Assembly (NCBI RefSeq): GCF_006345805.1
Contig: NC_043005.1
Span: 52,452,001 to 52,516,000 of the forward strand
Source: Octopus sinensis
Lineage: Eukaryota
Reading direction: 5' to 3'
Length of the DNA: 64,000 nt
Shown piece by piece: positions 25,664 to 39,750 of the stretch (position 1 is the stretch's first letter; the number at the start of each line of letters is the position of its first letter). A program made the position numbers and the translations under genes. The notes beneath the pieces were generated by a model. It ran no database searches and was not told the origin of the DNA. It worked only from the letters and a program-made list of their open reading frames with translations.

Positions 25664-25885
25664 TGCGAGGGGGTTGCTGAAAAGTTTCTGGCTTTTGGTA
25701 AAAGAAAATGCAGGAGGATCAGTTAATAATGATTTTATTCATCGTATTTCCCTCTCAGATTTCCACATTTATTTCAGCAGTTCTTCAGTTATTCTAAGCC
25801 CTGTAAAAGAATTAGGAAGGTTGCGCCTCCAACCAGGCTTTTCGCGACACCCTTAAAGCCAGGAACATTTTAGCACGCCCTCGTA
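25664..25885. mobile_element. Mariner-type MITE
   Basis: TIRs TGCGAGGGGGTTGCTGAAAAGTTTCTGGCTTT / AAAGCCAGGAACATTTTAGCACGCCCTCGTA. Confidence 0.8.
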
Positions 25886-27395
25886 GTCAGAAAAAAAACC
25901 TGGTCCAGAAGACAGAACTTTATCGTAGTTTACAGACAACCAAAAAAGAGAACAGAAAAGTCTTATGTGAGATAACAAGGGATCCTCTAGGAAAGTGCTT
26001 ATTCTTCTCGAAAAAGCAGTCAATTTTTTTTTTAATCATACACTTGCCGCTTTACTAAAGATATGAACGGATTATATCATTTTCTACTAGATACATTCAC
26101 TATAAAGAAAAAAAAAGATAAAATCATGTTCATGGAGAGTAACCTGAAGCCAAACAACAACAATACTAACAACACTAAGCGATACTATCTCCTGATGTGG
26201 TTATGTCAGACAGATATTAGGTATGATAACCTACAAGCAGAAATAACTTCGCTGTTTATAGAAGAACACAAACAACAGAGGCCAGTAAACAAATCTCTGT
26301 CGGGTAACCAGCATGACGCATTTTTATGTATTTATTTACCTTCGTATTCATTAAAACATTTATGGATTTCTGTATTGTTTATTGCTTATCTAGTTATTTA
26401 AATATTTATGTATTTATTTTCAAAATAAAGTGAAAGAATTATTTGTATGAATGTCGACTAATTTTTCATTTCTTTTAGACAAGGAAGGAAATGACTTGAT
26501 GTTCAAACACATGAAATTTTAATAAGCATTTAAGTTTGCAATTGTATTTTTATGCGTATATATATAAATAAATATAGGTATATGTATGTATGAATGAACT
26601 TTCATACTATTGTATATATATATATATATATGGATACATCTGTGTGTGTTTTGTGTTTGTATGAGTGAACATTCATACGTACGCACACACAAATGTATCC
26701 ATATAAATACAATTATATCTACCTATCTATCACACTCTCTCTCCTCTCTCTTTATATATATATATATATATATTCATACCCATATGCACACGGGCATAAA
26801 TATGTATACAACTGTCTTTATATTTATATGCTTCTGTTTGTGAGTGAGATGGAGTGTGTTGACAAACCTCGGGTGAACGTGACAGAAAAAATACAAGTTA
26901 AAATCGAATGCATACATATATAAACGCACACATCCGTAAGGATATTATCCTAGCATTTATTCATTATATATTCTTCTTTCAATGAACGAGCTGGTTTCTT
27001 ACAAAACTATAAAACTCCATCCACGGAAGATAGATAACAACAGCGGTGAAAAGTTACATGTTCGACATTAGAATGCTTTACATATTTCCGTTTTTCTGTT
27101 GGTAAACGAAATTTACGAAAGTGCGTTTACTGATACCTAGTGTGCTTAGAAAAGAAAAGAAGAAAAAAGAAAAAAGAAAAAACTTGTTTGACATTTAAAC
27201 AGTTACTAATATAAGACAAATGACCACCACTTTTAGGTACACATGTGAATATATAATCTGCATAGTTAAACTGTAAATTTTCAAAGCAGTAATCCATAAA
27301 TATTCTTTATCACACTGATTTTCGGAGAAATGTGTAGGGCAGCTGTCCTTTGCAGCTGTTGTGATACTAGCGCTTTGCCAATATTCATTGTGTCC

Positions 27396-27590
27396 AAGGC
27401 GGTGAGCTGGCCGAATCTTAAGCACGCCACACAAAACGCTTAGCGGCATTTCTTCCCTCTTTACGTTCTAAGTACGAATTGTGCCGAGGTCGATTTTACC
27501 TTTCATCCTTTAGGGTCGATAAAATAAATACCAATTGAGTACCGTGGGCAATATAATCGACTCACCCCTCCCCGAATTTGCTGGCCAATA
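27396..27590 (+). mobile_element. SINE family B
   Basis: AAGGCGGTGAGCTGG...CCGAGGTCGAT...TTTCATCCTTTAGGGTCGATAAAATAAATACCA. Confidence 0.8.
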
Positions 27591-27611
27591 TTTCTCGTGT
27601 TGATAATTAAA

Positions 27612-27942
27612 GGAGCACTCCGCCGGTTACGACGACGAGGGTCCCAGCTGATACGATCAACGGAACAGCCTGCTCATGAAATTAACGTGCAAGTGACTGA
27701 GCAATCCACAGACACGCGTACCCATAATGTAGTTCTCAGGGATATTCAGCGTGACACAAAGTGTGCAAGGTACAAGGCCGGCCCTTTGAAATACAGGTGC
27801 AACTCATTTTTGCCAGCTGAGTGGACTGGAGCAACGTGAAATAAAGTGTCTTGCTCAAGGACTCAACGCGTCGCCGGAAATCGAACTCACGACCTTACAA
27901 TCGCGAGCCGAATGCCCTAACCACTAAGCCACGCGCCTTCAC
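27612..27942 (-). mobile_element. Full-length SINE family C
   Basis: Reverse strand begins GTGAAGGCGCGTGGCTTAGTGG (A box)...GAGTTCGATTTCC (B box)...TCCTTGAGCAAGACACTTTA. Confidence 0.9.
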
Positions 27943-29129
27943 TGTTGATAATTATGTTTGCATTCCACAACAGAGTGAGTTTTTGTATTTATCATGTCTC
28001 AGCTTTTCCAATGTATGATATTGCGGCATTGTGTATTGTTTTAGCAACACCATTCCAATTTACAAGTTAATAATTTAATGTCATTTTTGGGCATTCGCAC
28101 GACATTTTCTGTTTTGCTTTGGCTGTTTAAGGGCGCTTAAGATTGTTTAATACTGTTTTTGTTTGACATTAGCTTTCTTCGCTTAGTTTTTAAGAGTATC
28201 ATTTGTTTAGATGTAGCGTAATGTCACTGTTACAAGCTCAACAGAAGCTACACATCCTGCTAATGTAAGAATCAACTACAAACTTAGGGAAGCCTACACA
28301 CAGCATCGCTTACATGTTATGCAGATTGTTTCTGCTACAGGTTCTTTGCTGAGGTACGCTAGTCCAGCAATTTTGCAGTCATATGAAACGTCTCGAGGAG
28401 TGTTCACTAAATGTTGAGCTTTGCACTTTTTAGTCCTTGATTGATGTATCTATATCTGCTGCTGTTATTTAGGAGGAGTTGTATCTGGGAAATGATCCTA
28501 TACTCAAAATCTATCTAAACAGATGTTAAGCACATTATCCACTCTTTTCCTTAGTGACAAATATTGCCATTTCTACGATAGCTTCTACTTGAAGTCAAGA
28601 TCTTGCAATCTTACGCATTTTCATATATACGGACCAGTCATGTAACCCAAATATTGGTACCGATTTTGGTACCAATACTGGTACTATAAATACATAGGGA
28701 TATATGTTAGAATATAAGTGGAAAGCTCCAACTGCCTTATTTTTGAAAATCTAGTGAAATATTCTCTAGTCGCTCTATCTCTTTGTTCACAGCACATTTA
28801 AATATCTTGGTCAATAGCTTCATATATATAGCACTTGTTGAAGGAACATGGGAAATACAAGAGCACTGATGCTAAGATTTTACGCTTTAGAAGCGAATTT
28901 CCCTCATACGACTACCGAGCATAAGCAATTCTTATGATCAAATTCCGTCTCTATATCAACTGAATATGTTGTCAATAAATGCATGTGTTGTAATTATTTA
29001 CATTACTGAGTTTTTGACGGTCCATTAATAAATTATATGTTACATTTGTATCAATTGCCGTCGAAGAATTTTTGTAAAAGAACCTTTTGGGGATAGTGCC
29101 AAAATATACCGTATAGCATACACGCCTGT

Positions 29130-29347
29130 TATTGGTTTCAAATTTTGGTACAACGCCAGTAGTTTCGCTGGAGGGTCTCAGTGAATTACATCGATATCAG
29201 TAGTCCACTGGTACTTCTTTCAACGACCCCGAAGCGATGAGAGGCTAGGTCAATCTGGGCACAACTTGAACTCAGAGTGTAAAGACGGACGAAAAGCCGC
29301 CAAGCACTTTGTCCGGTATGTTAACAATTCTGCCAGCTCGCCGCCTT
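29130..29347 (-). mobile_element. SINE family B (decayed)
   Basis: Ends TTCTGCCAGCTCGCCGCCTT, the reverse complement of the family-B head. Confidence 0.75.
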
Positions 29348-29627
29348 TCTTCACACATGCTTGACTTCTTATAACATGAAAGAGCTGCTTTTTGAAATAG
29401 CAACAAAGCTCAATTACTTCCATGTAGATGACAAGAACGGTGTCATACGTTGATCTTTATAAAAGTCTTGCAAACTTTTACTGTTCTACTTACAGAGTGT
29501 ATTTGTAAAGTGCATGTACGCATAAGTGCGCGCTTGTATGCACTTATTTAGATATGTACGCATGTACGTATGCGTGTTGGGAATCACACGCCGCACCCAT
29601 TCAAGTGTGTATACATGCACATATATA

Positions 29628-29671
<44 letters not shown>

Positions 29672-30297
29672 CCCCTGTATCTGTGTGAGCGCGTGTCTCA
29701 TATTATATGTAGGGAAAACAAATAAAATATAATTGCACTGCCTATTAAAATGAACGCATTTATAGAAACCATTTATATAGAACATTTATATCGAACAAAT
29801 TGCTGTGAGTAAACTAAAATGAAACGTAACAAACAACAAAAGTAAATCGAAGTGTTAAAAAAAGATACGGAGACAAATGTATGATCTGTAAACGAGAAAA
29901 CAAACGAGAAATCGAATTGTAAAGAAACTAACCACGTCTGCAACATTATGATGATGAATACAATAAAAGTTTAGCAAAAAACAAAGGAGGAGTTGCAAGA
30001 AAAAAAAAATCTTAGCAATAAAGAAAACACACACTTGAAAAATAACTGAGGTAGTGTGGCTGAGGCTGAGAAAAAAAAAAAAGATACCTACACACATTGT
30101 CATACGTACACAGATATGCACACTAGCTCAGAGGTAAACTTACACATAAATAAACAGTCACGTACAAATGTATTTATGTGTACATACACATAAAAGATAC
30201 ATATATACACACATATACACACACACATTATATATATATATGCATAAACGTATATTCACAAACACATGCATATATATACTTAAACATACACACACAC

Positions 30298-30365
<68 letters not shown>

Positions 30366-30377
30366 GTGTATATATAT

Positions 30378-30444
<67 letters not shown>

Positions 30445-31574
30445 CATATATACATATATGAGTATAGAGGCGCACACACATTTAATTGTCACAGTTTGCC
30501 ACTTAAAATGTACTCTATACACGGTGTAGAGTATATTATTCATATAACTATATGTAGTAAGTATATATTTATGTGTGTACATACATATACACATACATAC
30601 ATATATGCATATAAATATGCATACCTATACATACGACCACACATGTATATACAAACACACATATACACACATATACCCACGCATTAAGATGCTAGTGTGT
30701 CGATGTACGAGGAAGAAAATATTCAATAATGGTACATAGTATATTCCTTGTATATGTATGAACATAGTAAGTATATGCATATATATGTCTGTGTGTGCGT
30801 ATACATGTACGATATATATATATATACATTCCTGTACAAGCACATATATACAATATATATATATATATATATATATACATAACACATACACACACATATA
30901 TTATGTATATGCGTGTGTATGTATGTACGTATGTATTTAATACAGCCAGTAATGTCAGCGTGGTTGGCAAAGAAAAGAGGAAAGCAATAAGAGATGTGTG
31001 AGTTGGATGGGACTGATAATGGCATCATCGATATTTACGTCTGTATCAATATCTAAGTAGACTTTGATTAACCATTGATTTATTCCCTTACTCTCATAGT
31101 ATTTCTTATCTCATCTATTTTTTTTTTCGTCGTCAAATAGATTGACTTTAGTAAAGATTTTCAAGACCCTATGCATGTACACCGTTTTACTAAAGGATTT
31201 CTTTTCTTTTTTTTTTACTCCGTATTTATAGAGGAAATTTTTATTTTCTGTTTTGTTTTTACAATACGTTCGATTCTTGGTACTAAATCTGCATTATTCA
31301 CATACATCTTTGTTAATGCTATTATCGTCTCACAAATATTTGTTCGATATCCCGCATGAAACAGATGTATTTCTAGTTCTGACGCAGTGATCGACCATCA
31401 TAACTTGTCGTCTGGTATCTAGATTTTCCTACTAAACTAACCGCTGTTACTGAACCTCTTAAATGTACTTGAACGGCATAGCTTTTCACGTTCTGTTATC
31501 ATTTGTTTCTAACAAGCATTAATTTTTCTTTTTAGTCTATCTCTTCGACATGACTTTATATCTGTATGTACATA

Positions 31575-31635
<61 letters not shown>

Positions 31636-31734
31636 CTATATATGTATAATTGAGATTATGTTGAATTAGGTACTTAAATTGAAGCACCAAGTTAGTGCTG
31701 TATTATCCGTATAACTCAAAGTAAGGTGAATAAA

Positions 31735-32348
31735 ATCAAAATAAGCGACAGGATATCAAGAGGGTTGATGCAGTACGACCGTTTCAAGCGACTCCATTTA
31801 ATTGAACAATGCAATCATTACATCAATTTAAATGCAGAGTTATACTCAGCCGCAGAAATAAATAAATAGAATTTATTAATCAGTTGGACACATTAATATA
31901 ATTTTACTCAAATTCTCGAATAGAGCAAGAAGAGGGAGAAAGTCCATGCTGCTACTAATGTAATTCAGAATATACTCCACTTCTAAGAACTGTATGAAGT
32001 TTGCTAGGGTCATAGCTTGTAAATGATTGTGGTTCACTTTTAATTTATCAGTCTTTTTTTTATCAACTACCAAATCTAAGGCTAGAGGACAGTGTCTGTT
32101 TAGAATGGATAGACAGAGTGAGTCGACAGTTTATAGTTGGGTATGGTCAAACCTTCTTGCTCTATTAGAGAATTTGAGTAAAATTATATTAGTGTGTCCA
32201 GCTGATTAATAAATTCTATCTATCTATTTATGCAGCCGAGGATAGCCCTGCATTTAAATTGATGTAATGATTGCATTGTTCAATTAAATGGAGTCGCTTG
32301 AAGCTGTCATACAGCATCACCACTTGATATCCTGTTGCTTATTTTGAT
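31735..32348. mobile_element. Foldback/MITE-like element with ~196-bp inverted arms
   Basis: Left arm 31735-31931 and right arm 32153-32348 are reverse complements at roughly 85-90% identity, separated by a ~220-bp spacer. Confidence 0.88.
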
Positions 32349-32386
32349 ATATGCATACATGCATTTACACATGTACGTGTGTATGC

Positions 32387-32433
<47 letters not shown>

Positions 32434-32629
32434 GGTGTAGAGAAGGTGAAGGTGTGTGAAGGTGAAGGCTCAATGGGTAGAGAGACGGGTAGTGAGTTCG
32501 ATTCCCGGACCGAAGCTGTGTTGTCTTCTTAAGCAAGACACATTATTTCACTTTGGTCCTATTTGTAAATAAAAGTAAACATATTATCTATGTCTATTTT
32601 ATACACTACATATATACTTTTTTTCACTC

Positions 32630-32916
32630 TTTTATTTGTTTCAGTCATTTGACTGTGGCCATGCTGGAGCATCGCCTTTAGTCGAGTAAATCGACTCCAG
32701 GGCTTATTCTTTGTAAGCCTAGTACTTATTCTATCAGTTTCTTTTGCCGAACCGCTAAGTTACGGGGATAAACACACCAGCATCGGTTGTCAAGCGATGT
32801 TGGGGGGACAAACATAGACACACAATCATATACACACATACATTATATATATATATATATTATATATATATATATTATATATAATATATATATATATAAT
32901 ATATATATATATTATA

Positions 32917-32990
<74 letters not shown>

Positions 32991-33083
32991 TATATACGAC
33001 GTGCTTCTTTTCCGTCTACCTAATCCACTCACAAGGCTTTGGTTGGTAAGCAGGCTACTTACCATACAGCCACTCCTACGCCT
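32630..33083 (-). mobile_element. SINE family A with an internal deletion
   Basis: Tail and head are present. The segment between AAGGCTTTGGT and TGGTAAGC that other copies carry is missing. Confidence 0.85.
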
Positions 33084-34931
33084 ATACATATATAAATCTT
33101 TTTTCTAATCTTCTCTTCTGTATTACCTATCATCTTTGGTGCAAACTCGGCCGCATATTCAACCACTTCCTGAACGGAAACCAGATCTTCTATTTCTCTC
33201 CGATAAAACTACATTTTGTCAGTGCTGTGCAGATTATATTCTCTGAGCATTTACATACTTCCTTCTATTCATCATTCTCTTCTTCTCACGTGGAGATCAA
33301 CAACAAATACTTCTACATACTTTGATTTAAAGTATCTCTCTATCTTTCTTCCGAATGTATCTACGTTTTCTACCATTTTCCGGATTCCTTTAATCACACG
33401 CGCGCACTCACGCAGACGTACACACAAAAATGTATATATATATACAAAATTTTGAGAAATTACCACTAAAGTGGACACCCTATATGCTAAACATAGACGT
33501 TAAATCGCCATTACCACGAAGAATGTGTTCTCAAGAAAAAATCTCAGCTGAGATTTTTTTGTTGAGTTTTTAATCTTCGGATTTTTTAAATATGCTAAGC
33601 CACTAGTTTTAATTGGTTAACATCAATTTCTACCCTTATTATTTAATTTTATATATATATGACAGGCAAGTATCTTTCACTTTCAGTCGACCACTTACGA
33701 GTCTTTGGTCAGTTCGAGACTGAAGAAACTTGCTCAAGTTGTCATGCAATATGACTAAAACCAGGACCATATGACTGGGATACAAACTGCGCACCACACG
33801 GCCGCACCAGCGTCTCTTGTCAGATAGACCAACCACTATTTTGTCTTGACCGTCCACCATACATTAACGCATTTAAGCCGCTCGGGACTCTCTACCCCGA
33901 TCCTATTTGGCTTCAAATCAGCCGCTCATCTCAAATCTCTACTATGTCTCTTCACTTCTGACCTATCAGAAAAAGATGGGCGTCTGACTAAAATCGGCTT
34001 CTTAGCAATGTCCCTCCACATAACCTAATCGTTATATACATACTTTACAAAGTCACCCAAATTTTTCGTTCGTAATTCTGCTTCAACATGTCAGGAAAGA
34101 ACAAAAATTACAACACTTCGAGAAAATGGCTTATACCTACAAATTGAACAGCTTCACTGACCGCTGCAAATCACGGAACAGTAAAGTTTCGGCAATACAA
34201 TGATTAGTTTATTTTAAATTTTTTTAAATAATTTCCCTTCAGCAATGAAAATATAGTAAGTAGAGATAAAACAGTTTTTCTATACTTCCCAGTTAAAGTG
34301 TTCAAAATGTATTCTTCTCTACTTGTTGGTCGGAGAACGAATAAAAAATTTTAAAAACCGTTGTCAAGGTTGCTTAAAAAAATTGCAAGCACTCACACTC
34401 GTATATAATGTGTTTTTCAACGTGAGAGCAAGACGCATAAGGCATAGTCATCAGTAGAAGCATGAGCCTGTGGTAAAGAAGTTCTTTTCGTATAGGGTTC
34501 AACCCCAGTTCGTGATACCCTAAGTAAGGGTCTTCTATCACATCCAGCCTTGTATAAACTAAAATACTATGAGCGAAATCACGTAGATGCAAAAATATGT
34601 TGATGCCATTCTGATCGACTATATTTGTTCTTGAATGGTAGACTTAATTTCTCACATTGTTCAACGCCACCATCTATTCAACATGTGGGTTTTATGGGGC
34701 CCTATCTTTAGCAAAATTCTCGGTTACGAGGTCCTATTTGAACTAAAGAATCTGATGAGTCTTGACTGTTTCCTCTCGCTCTCTCTTTTTTTATTAATTG
34801 CAGAAGGTCACAAAACTGTTCAAGAAAGCTGCCCATCTTCTATAGGTTAAACCATGACAAAGAATATAGGGAAACTGTTAAGTTATAAAACACTGAACAA
34901 ATTGAAAGTGGTTTTAATATTATTTGTAATT

Positions 34932-35775
34932 AAGGCGGCGAGCTGGCAGAAACGTTAGCACGCCGGGCATAGCCATATTTCGTCTGCCGTTACGTTCTGA
35001 GTTCAAATTCCGCCGAGGTCGACTTTGCCTTTCATCCTTTCGGGGTCGATTAAATAAGTACCAGTTACGCACTGGGGTCGATATAATCGACCTAATCCGT
35101 GTGTCTGTCCTTGTTCGTCCCCTCTGTGTTTAGCCCCTTGTGGGTAGTAAAGAAATAGGTATTTCGTCTGCCGTTACATTCTGAGTTCAAATTCCGCCGA
35201 GGTCGACTTTTCCTTTCATCCTTTCGGGGCCAATAAATTAAGTACCAATTACGCATTAGGATCGATCTAATCGTGTAGTCCCTCCCCAAAATTTTGGGGC
35301 CTTGTCCCTAGAGTAGAAAAGAATATTATTTATAATTAGGGCAGTGAGCTGGCTAAATCGTTGCCGCACCGGACAACAATCTTAACGGCATTTCTTCTTA
35401 TTTTACGTTCCAAGTTTAAATACTACCGGGGTCAGCGTTGCTTTTTATTTTTTCGGAGTCAATAAATAAGTACCAGTTGAATACTGGGGTCGATATAATC
35501 AAATTAACCTCGCCTCTGAAATTGCTGACCCTGTACAAGAATTTGAAATCTTGTTCTAGGGTGGTGAGCTACTAGGATCGTTACCTCACCGTAGAACATG
35601 CTTGGCGGCATTTATTCCGACTTTACGTTCTGTGTTCTAATTCTGCCGAGGCCAACTCCGCGTTTCATCCTTTGAGGGACGGTCGATAAAATAAATACCA
35701 GTTAAAGCTGACGTAGATAAAATCGACCTACCACCCACCACTGCGAAATTGGTGGCCTTGTGCCAGAATTTGGAA
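34932..35775 (+). mobile_element. Head-to-tail cluster of about four SINE family B units
   Basis: The core ...GTTC(A/T)AAT...CGAGGTC...TTTCATCCTTT...GTACCAG recurs at ~35000, ~35180, ~35410 and ~35630. Confidence 0.85.
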
Positions 35776-35949
35776 ATCGATATTGCTTGTAACTAAGTAC
35801 TCAGATTAAGAGTTTTCAAACAAGAAAATAAATATTTATCCAGTATTTCGGGAATATGTGTGATTCTATGGCGCTAATGCTTTCCCTCAAGATATGAAAG
35901 ACATAGACTATATGTAATAAATGTGAGAAGAGAACAATAAAAAAAGAAT

Positions 35950-36041
35950 CAGGTCATGCATATACATCTTAGAGAGCATTTCCTGGTTCTCAACTCGTCT
36001 GAAATCAATATTTTCAAAAATAGAAAAGAGAAGTGACATTC

Positions 36042-36112
<71 letters not shown>

Positions 36113-36150
36113 GATAATAATAACAGCAACAACAACCATAATAATGTTAA
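35950..36150. repeat. (TAA)n trinucleotide tract and flank
   Basis: Directly visible at 36042-36140. Confidence 0.9.
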
Positions 36151-36349
36151 TGAGTAAGCAGTTTCTTTCATTCGAAAGATTACTGATGCAGCGAAATGTA
36201 ATTTCATGAACGCAGTGCAAAGTAAATGCACTTAGTGGCACCTATATTAACATCCTGTGTTTCACTGAAAATACACACAGGAGGATAAGTATATACGTTA
36301 TGTGTACACACACACGCACACACACAGAGGCACGCCCCACACAAACAAA

Positions 36350-36440
<91 letters not shown>

Positions 36441-36632
36441 CATTCATGTATGTATGTATAGATGTCTATTTATATATTCATTTATATACGTACATGCATA
36501 TATATATGTATGTACGCATGTATATATGCATGCGTGCATGTATGTATGTATGTTTGTATATACTCATATATACATACATAAGGACATACACTTATATGTA
36601 AGTATATTGGTTTGTTGATAAACATAATTATT

Positions 36633-36694
36633 TCATCAGACCTAAAGGTTTCGTGCATCTAATTTTGAGGGTCATCATTACTCTTCAGTGAGAG
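36633..36694 (-). ncRNA. Type I hammerhead-like motif with complete core
   Basis: Reverse strand CTCTCA CTGAAGA GT(25 nt)AC GAAA CCT TT AGG TC^TGATGA. GUC cleavage triplet, near-palindromic stem III, but only 3-bp stem I and 2-bp stem II. Confidence 0.5.
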
Positions 36695-36819
36695 TTATAT
36701 ACATACATACACACATACATGCATATACACGTATGTATATGTGTATGTATGTTTTTATGTATGCACGTAAGTACTTGTTATATTGTACGTAAGTATGTAT
36801 TTAAGTATGCATGGATATA

Positions 36820-36859
<40 letters not shown>

Positions 36860-37453
36860 ATTAGATATACATGAATGTGTATGTAAATGTTGCATATATT
36901 ATTCTACCTCTATGCATATATACATACATACACACACACACTTATAGGAAAGTGTAAAGTGTAAATAAGGTGATGGCGTTGCAAAAAACGCAATAAAGAA
37001 AGAATTTGTCCTTCATTATCGGAACAGGGTAAAGAGTGCATGCAAATTTCTCACGCAAGCTTCTTCTTTTCTTATATTGGATTCTTTAGAAGGTTTTTAA
37101 AAACACAGCAACAAAAAACAAAAGATAATAAACTATCGAAACGATACAAAACAAAAGATACACACCCTGCCGTTTACTCATTTAGCCGCTCCCAAACACC
37201 CACTCTCAAACCCGCACACTTTCTCTCCAACGCCAGCTTCTCTCTGTCCTACATATGCTTAAAATATACACATATATGTATATAATCATATATGCTTTTC
37301 AATGTGTGTATGTATATGTATATATGTAAGTGTGTGTGAGAGAGAGAGAGGACGTATGTACATGTATGTATATTCATGTATTTAATGAGTTATATTTACA
37401 CCAGCACGCATATACTAGCACAAGGATATACGCATACATGCTTATATGTAGGC

Positions 37454-37493
<40 letters not shown>

Positions 37494-37597
37494 TTATGTA
37501 TGTACATATATATTATTATATTATTATACGTGTATATAATGATAATATAGATAAAGATATGTATACATACGTGCATACATGCATACATATATATAGA

Positions 37598-37641
<44 letters not shown>

Positions 37642-37849
37642 TATATATATATATTTGTGCATGTATATACATATATCTAAATATATAGGTGTGAATTTAT
37701 AAATGTATACATGAATGTACTTCTATATGTATGTATATATATATATATAATATATGTGTGTATGTGGTGTTTGGTGTGTGTGTTGTTGTATGGAATGTAT
37801 ATATATATATATATATATATAGGTATATATGTATATATATATATATATG

Positions 37850-38366
37850 TGTGTGGGTGTTTGATATATACACATGTATCTTCTCTCGTACATTCCTATA
37901 CACACACCCTTACACACGCATACAGAAACAAAATCAATACATTATACGACACATAATCCTCCATACAGATACTACACTCACGCGTACCACATAACAAGAA
38001 ACCAAACGATTATTTAAGCTGCAATAAGGCTTTAAGAATGAAATGCGTTTTTCGGTGTTAAATTGCAAAAATGGTGGTTGTGGCGATACTATTGGAAGTG
38101 GTATTGATTTTGTTAAGAGGCGATGTATTCTAGCGTTTTATTCATCAAGACACCTAGTCGATCAAACACCGTTAGATTGATTACTACGTCTGATGGTTTA
38201 GAACACCGTCACTCTTTTGTTACGCTTTGTTTGTGTATGTTGCCGTAATATGTGTTTTATTAGCGTGTTTCCTTATTTTTTTTGTTATAAAAGTTTTATT
38301 GATTTATACATATACATACATACAGACTTACATACATACATACATATATATATATATATATGCATA

Positions 38367-38404
<38 letters not shown>

Positions 38405-39292
38405 TATAATGTATACATATATATCTGTGGTGATATATCAGATATGTATGCATGCATCTATATACCTAGCATACGTCTATAGCATATGTGTGTGTATATA
38501 TACATAATACATATACATATATCTATATGTATATAATATATATAATATTATACTATATATATATATTATATATATATATATATATGTTATATGTATATAT
38601 ATATATATATGTGTGTGTGGGTTGATATATACACATGTATCTTCTCTCGTACATTCCTATACACACACCCTTACACACGCATACAGAAACAAAATCAATA
38701 CATTATACGAACACATAATCCTCCATACAGATACATACACTCACGCGTACACACATACAAGAAACAAAACGATTATTTAGCTGCAATAAGGCTTTAAGAA
38801 TGAAATGCGTTTCGGTGTTAAATTGCAAAAATGGTGGTTGTGGCGATACTATTGGAAGTGGTATTGATTTTGTTAAGAGGCGATGTATTCTAGCGTTTTA
38901 TTCATCAGACACCTAAGTCGATAAAACACCGTTAGATTGATTAACTACGTCTGATGGTTTAGAACACCGTCACTCTTTTGTTACGCTTTGTTTGTGTATG
39001 TTGCCGTATATTGTTTTTATTAGCGTGTTTCCTTATTTTCTTTTGTTTATAAAAGTTTTATTGATTTATACATATACATACATACATACTTACATACATA
39101 CATACATATATATATATATATATGCATATATTTATATATATATATATAATATATATATACATATATATATATATATCATATATATATGTGTGTGTATATA
39201 TCAGATATGTATGCATGCATCTATATACATATGCATACGTCTATATGCATATGTGTGTGTATATATACATATATACATATACTATATCTATG

Positions 39293-39340
<48 letters not shown>
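37850..39340. repeat. ~765-bp tandem duplication (possibly an assembly artefact)
   Basis: ~37850-38560 vs ~38615-39340. The differences are almost all 1-bp indels. Confidence 0.9.
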
Positions 39341-39345
<5 letters not shown>

Positions 39346-39469
39346 TATTATATGTATGTATGTATATATATATATATATGTCTACGTATATGTCTACACA
39401 CAAACGCAGGCGGACACATAAATACACTTTGTTTTCTCTATTTATCTTTGCTGCTCTTGTTTTCATTTA

Positions 39470-39693
39470 CGTTGTTGTCATTATCAGAAGCTTTGTTGCT
39501 GCTGCTGTTGTTGTTGTTGATGTTCTTGCTGCTGTTGTTATTGTTCTTGTTGTTCTTCTTATTATTTTTATTCATGTATATGTTTATTGTATTACATTTG
39601 TTTCCTTTGTATTTGTTTACCTTCATTTTATTTACTTAGCTTTGATTATCATTACTTCTATTATTATTGCCATTATTATTGTTGTTGTTATTA

Positions 39694-39743
<50 letters not shown>

Positions 39744-39750
39744 GTGTTTT
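39470..39750. repeat. (GTT)n/(ATT)n trinucleotide tract
   Basis: Directly visible. Confidence 0.9.

Noticed and set aside
26063-26401. 112-aa ORF in non-repeat DNA
   Set aside because: Low-complexity and AT-rich, with no recognisable motif or splice structure.
27860-27942. tRNA-like A/B-box sequences (also 45470-45535, 32462-32510 and SINE-A/B heads)
   Set aside because: They lack a complete cloverleaf and run directly into SINE bodies. They are SINE heads, not tRNA genes.
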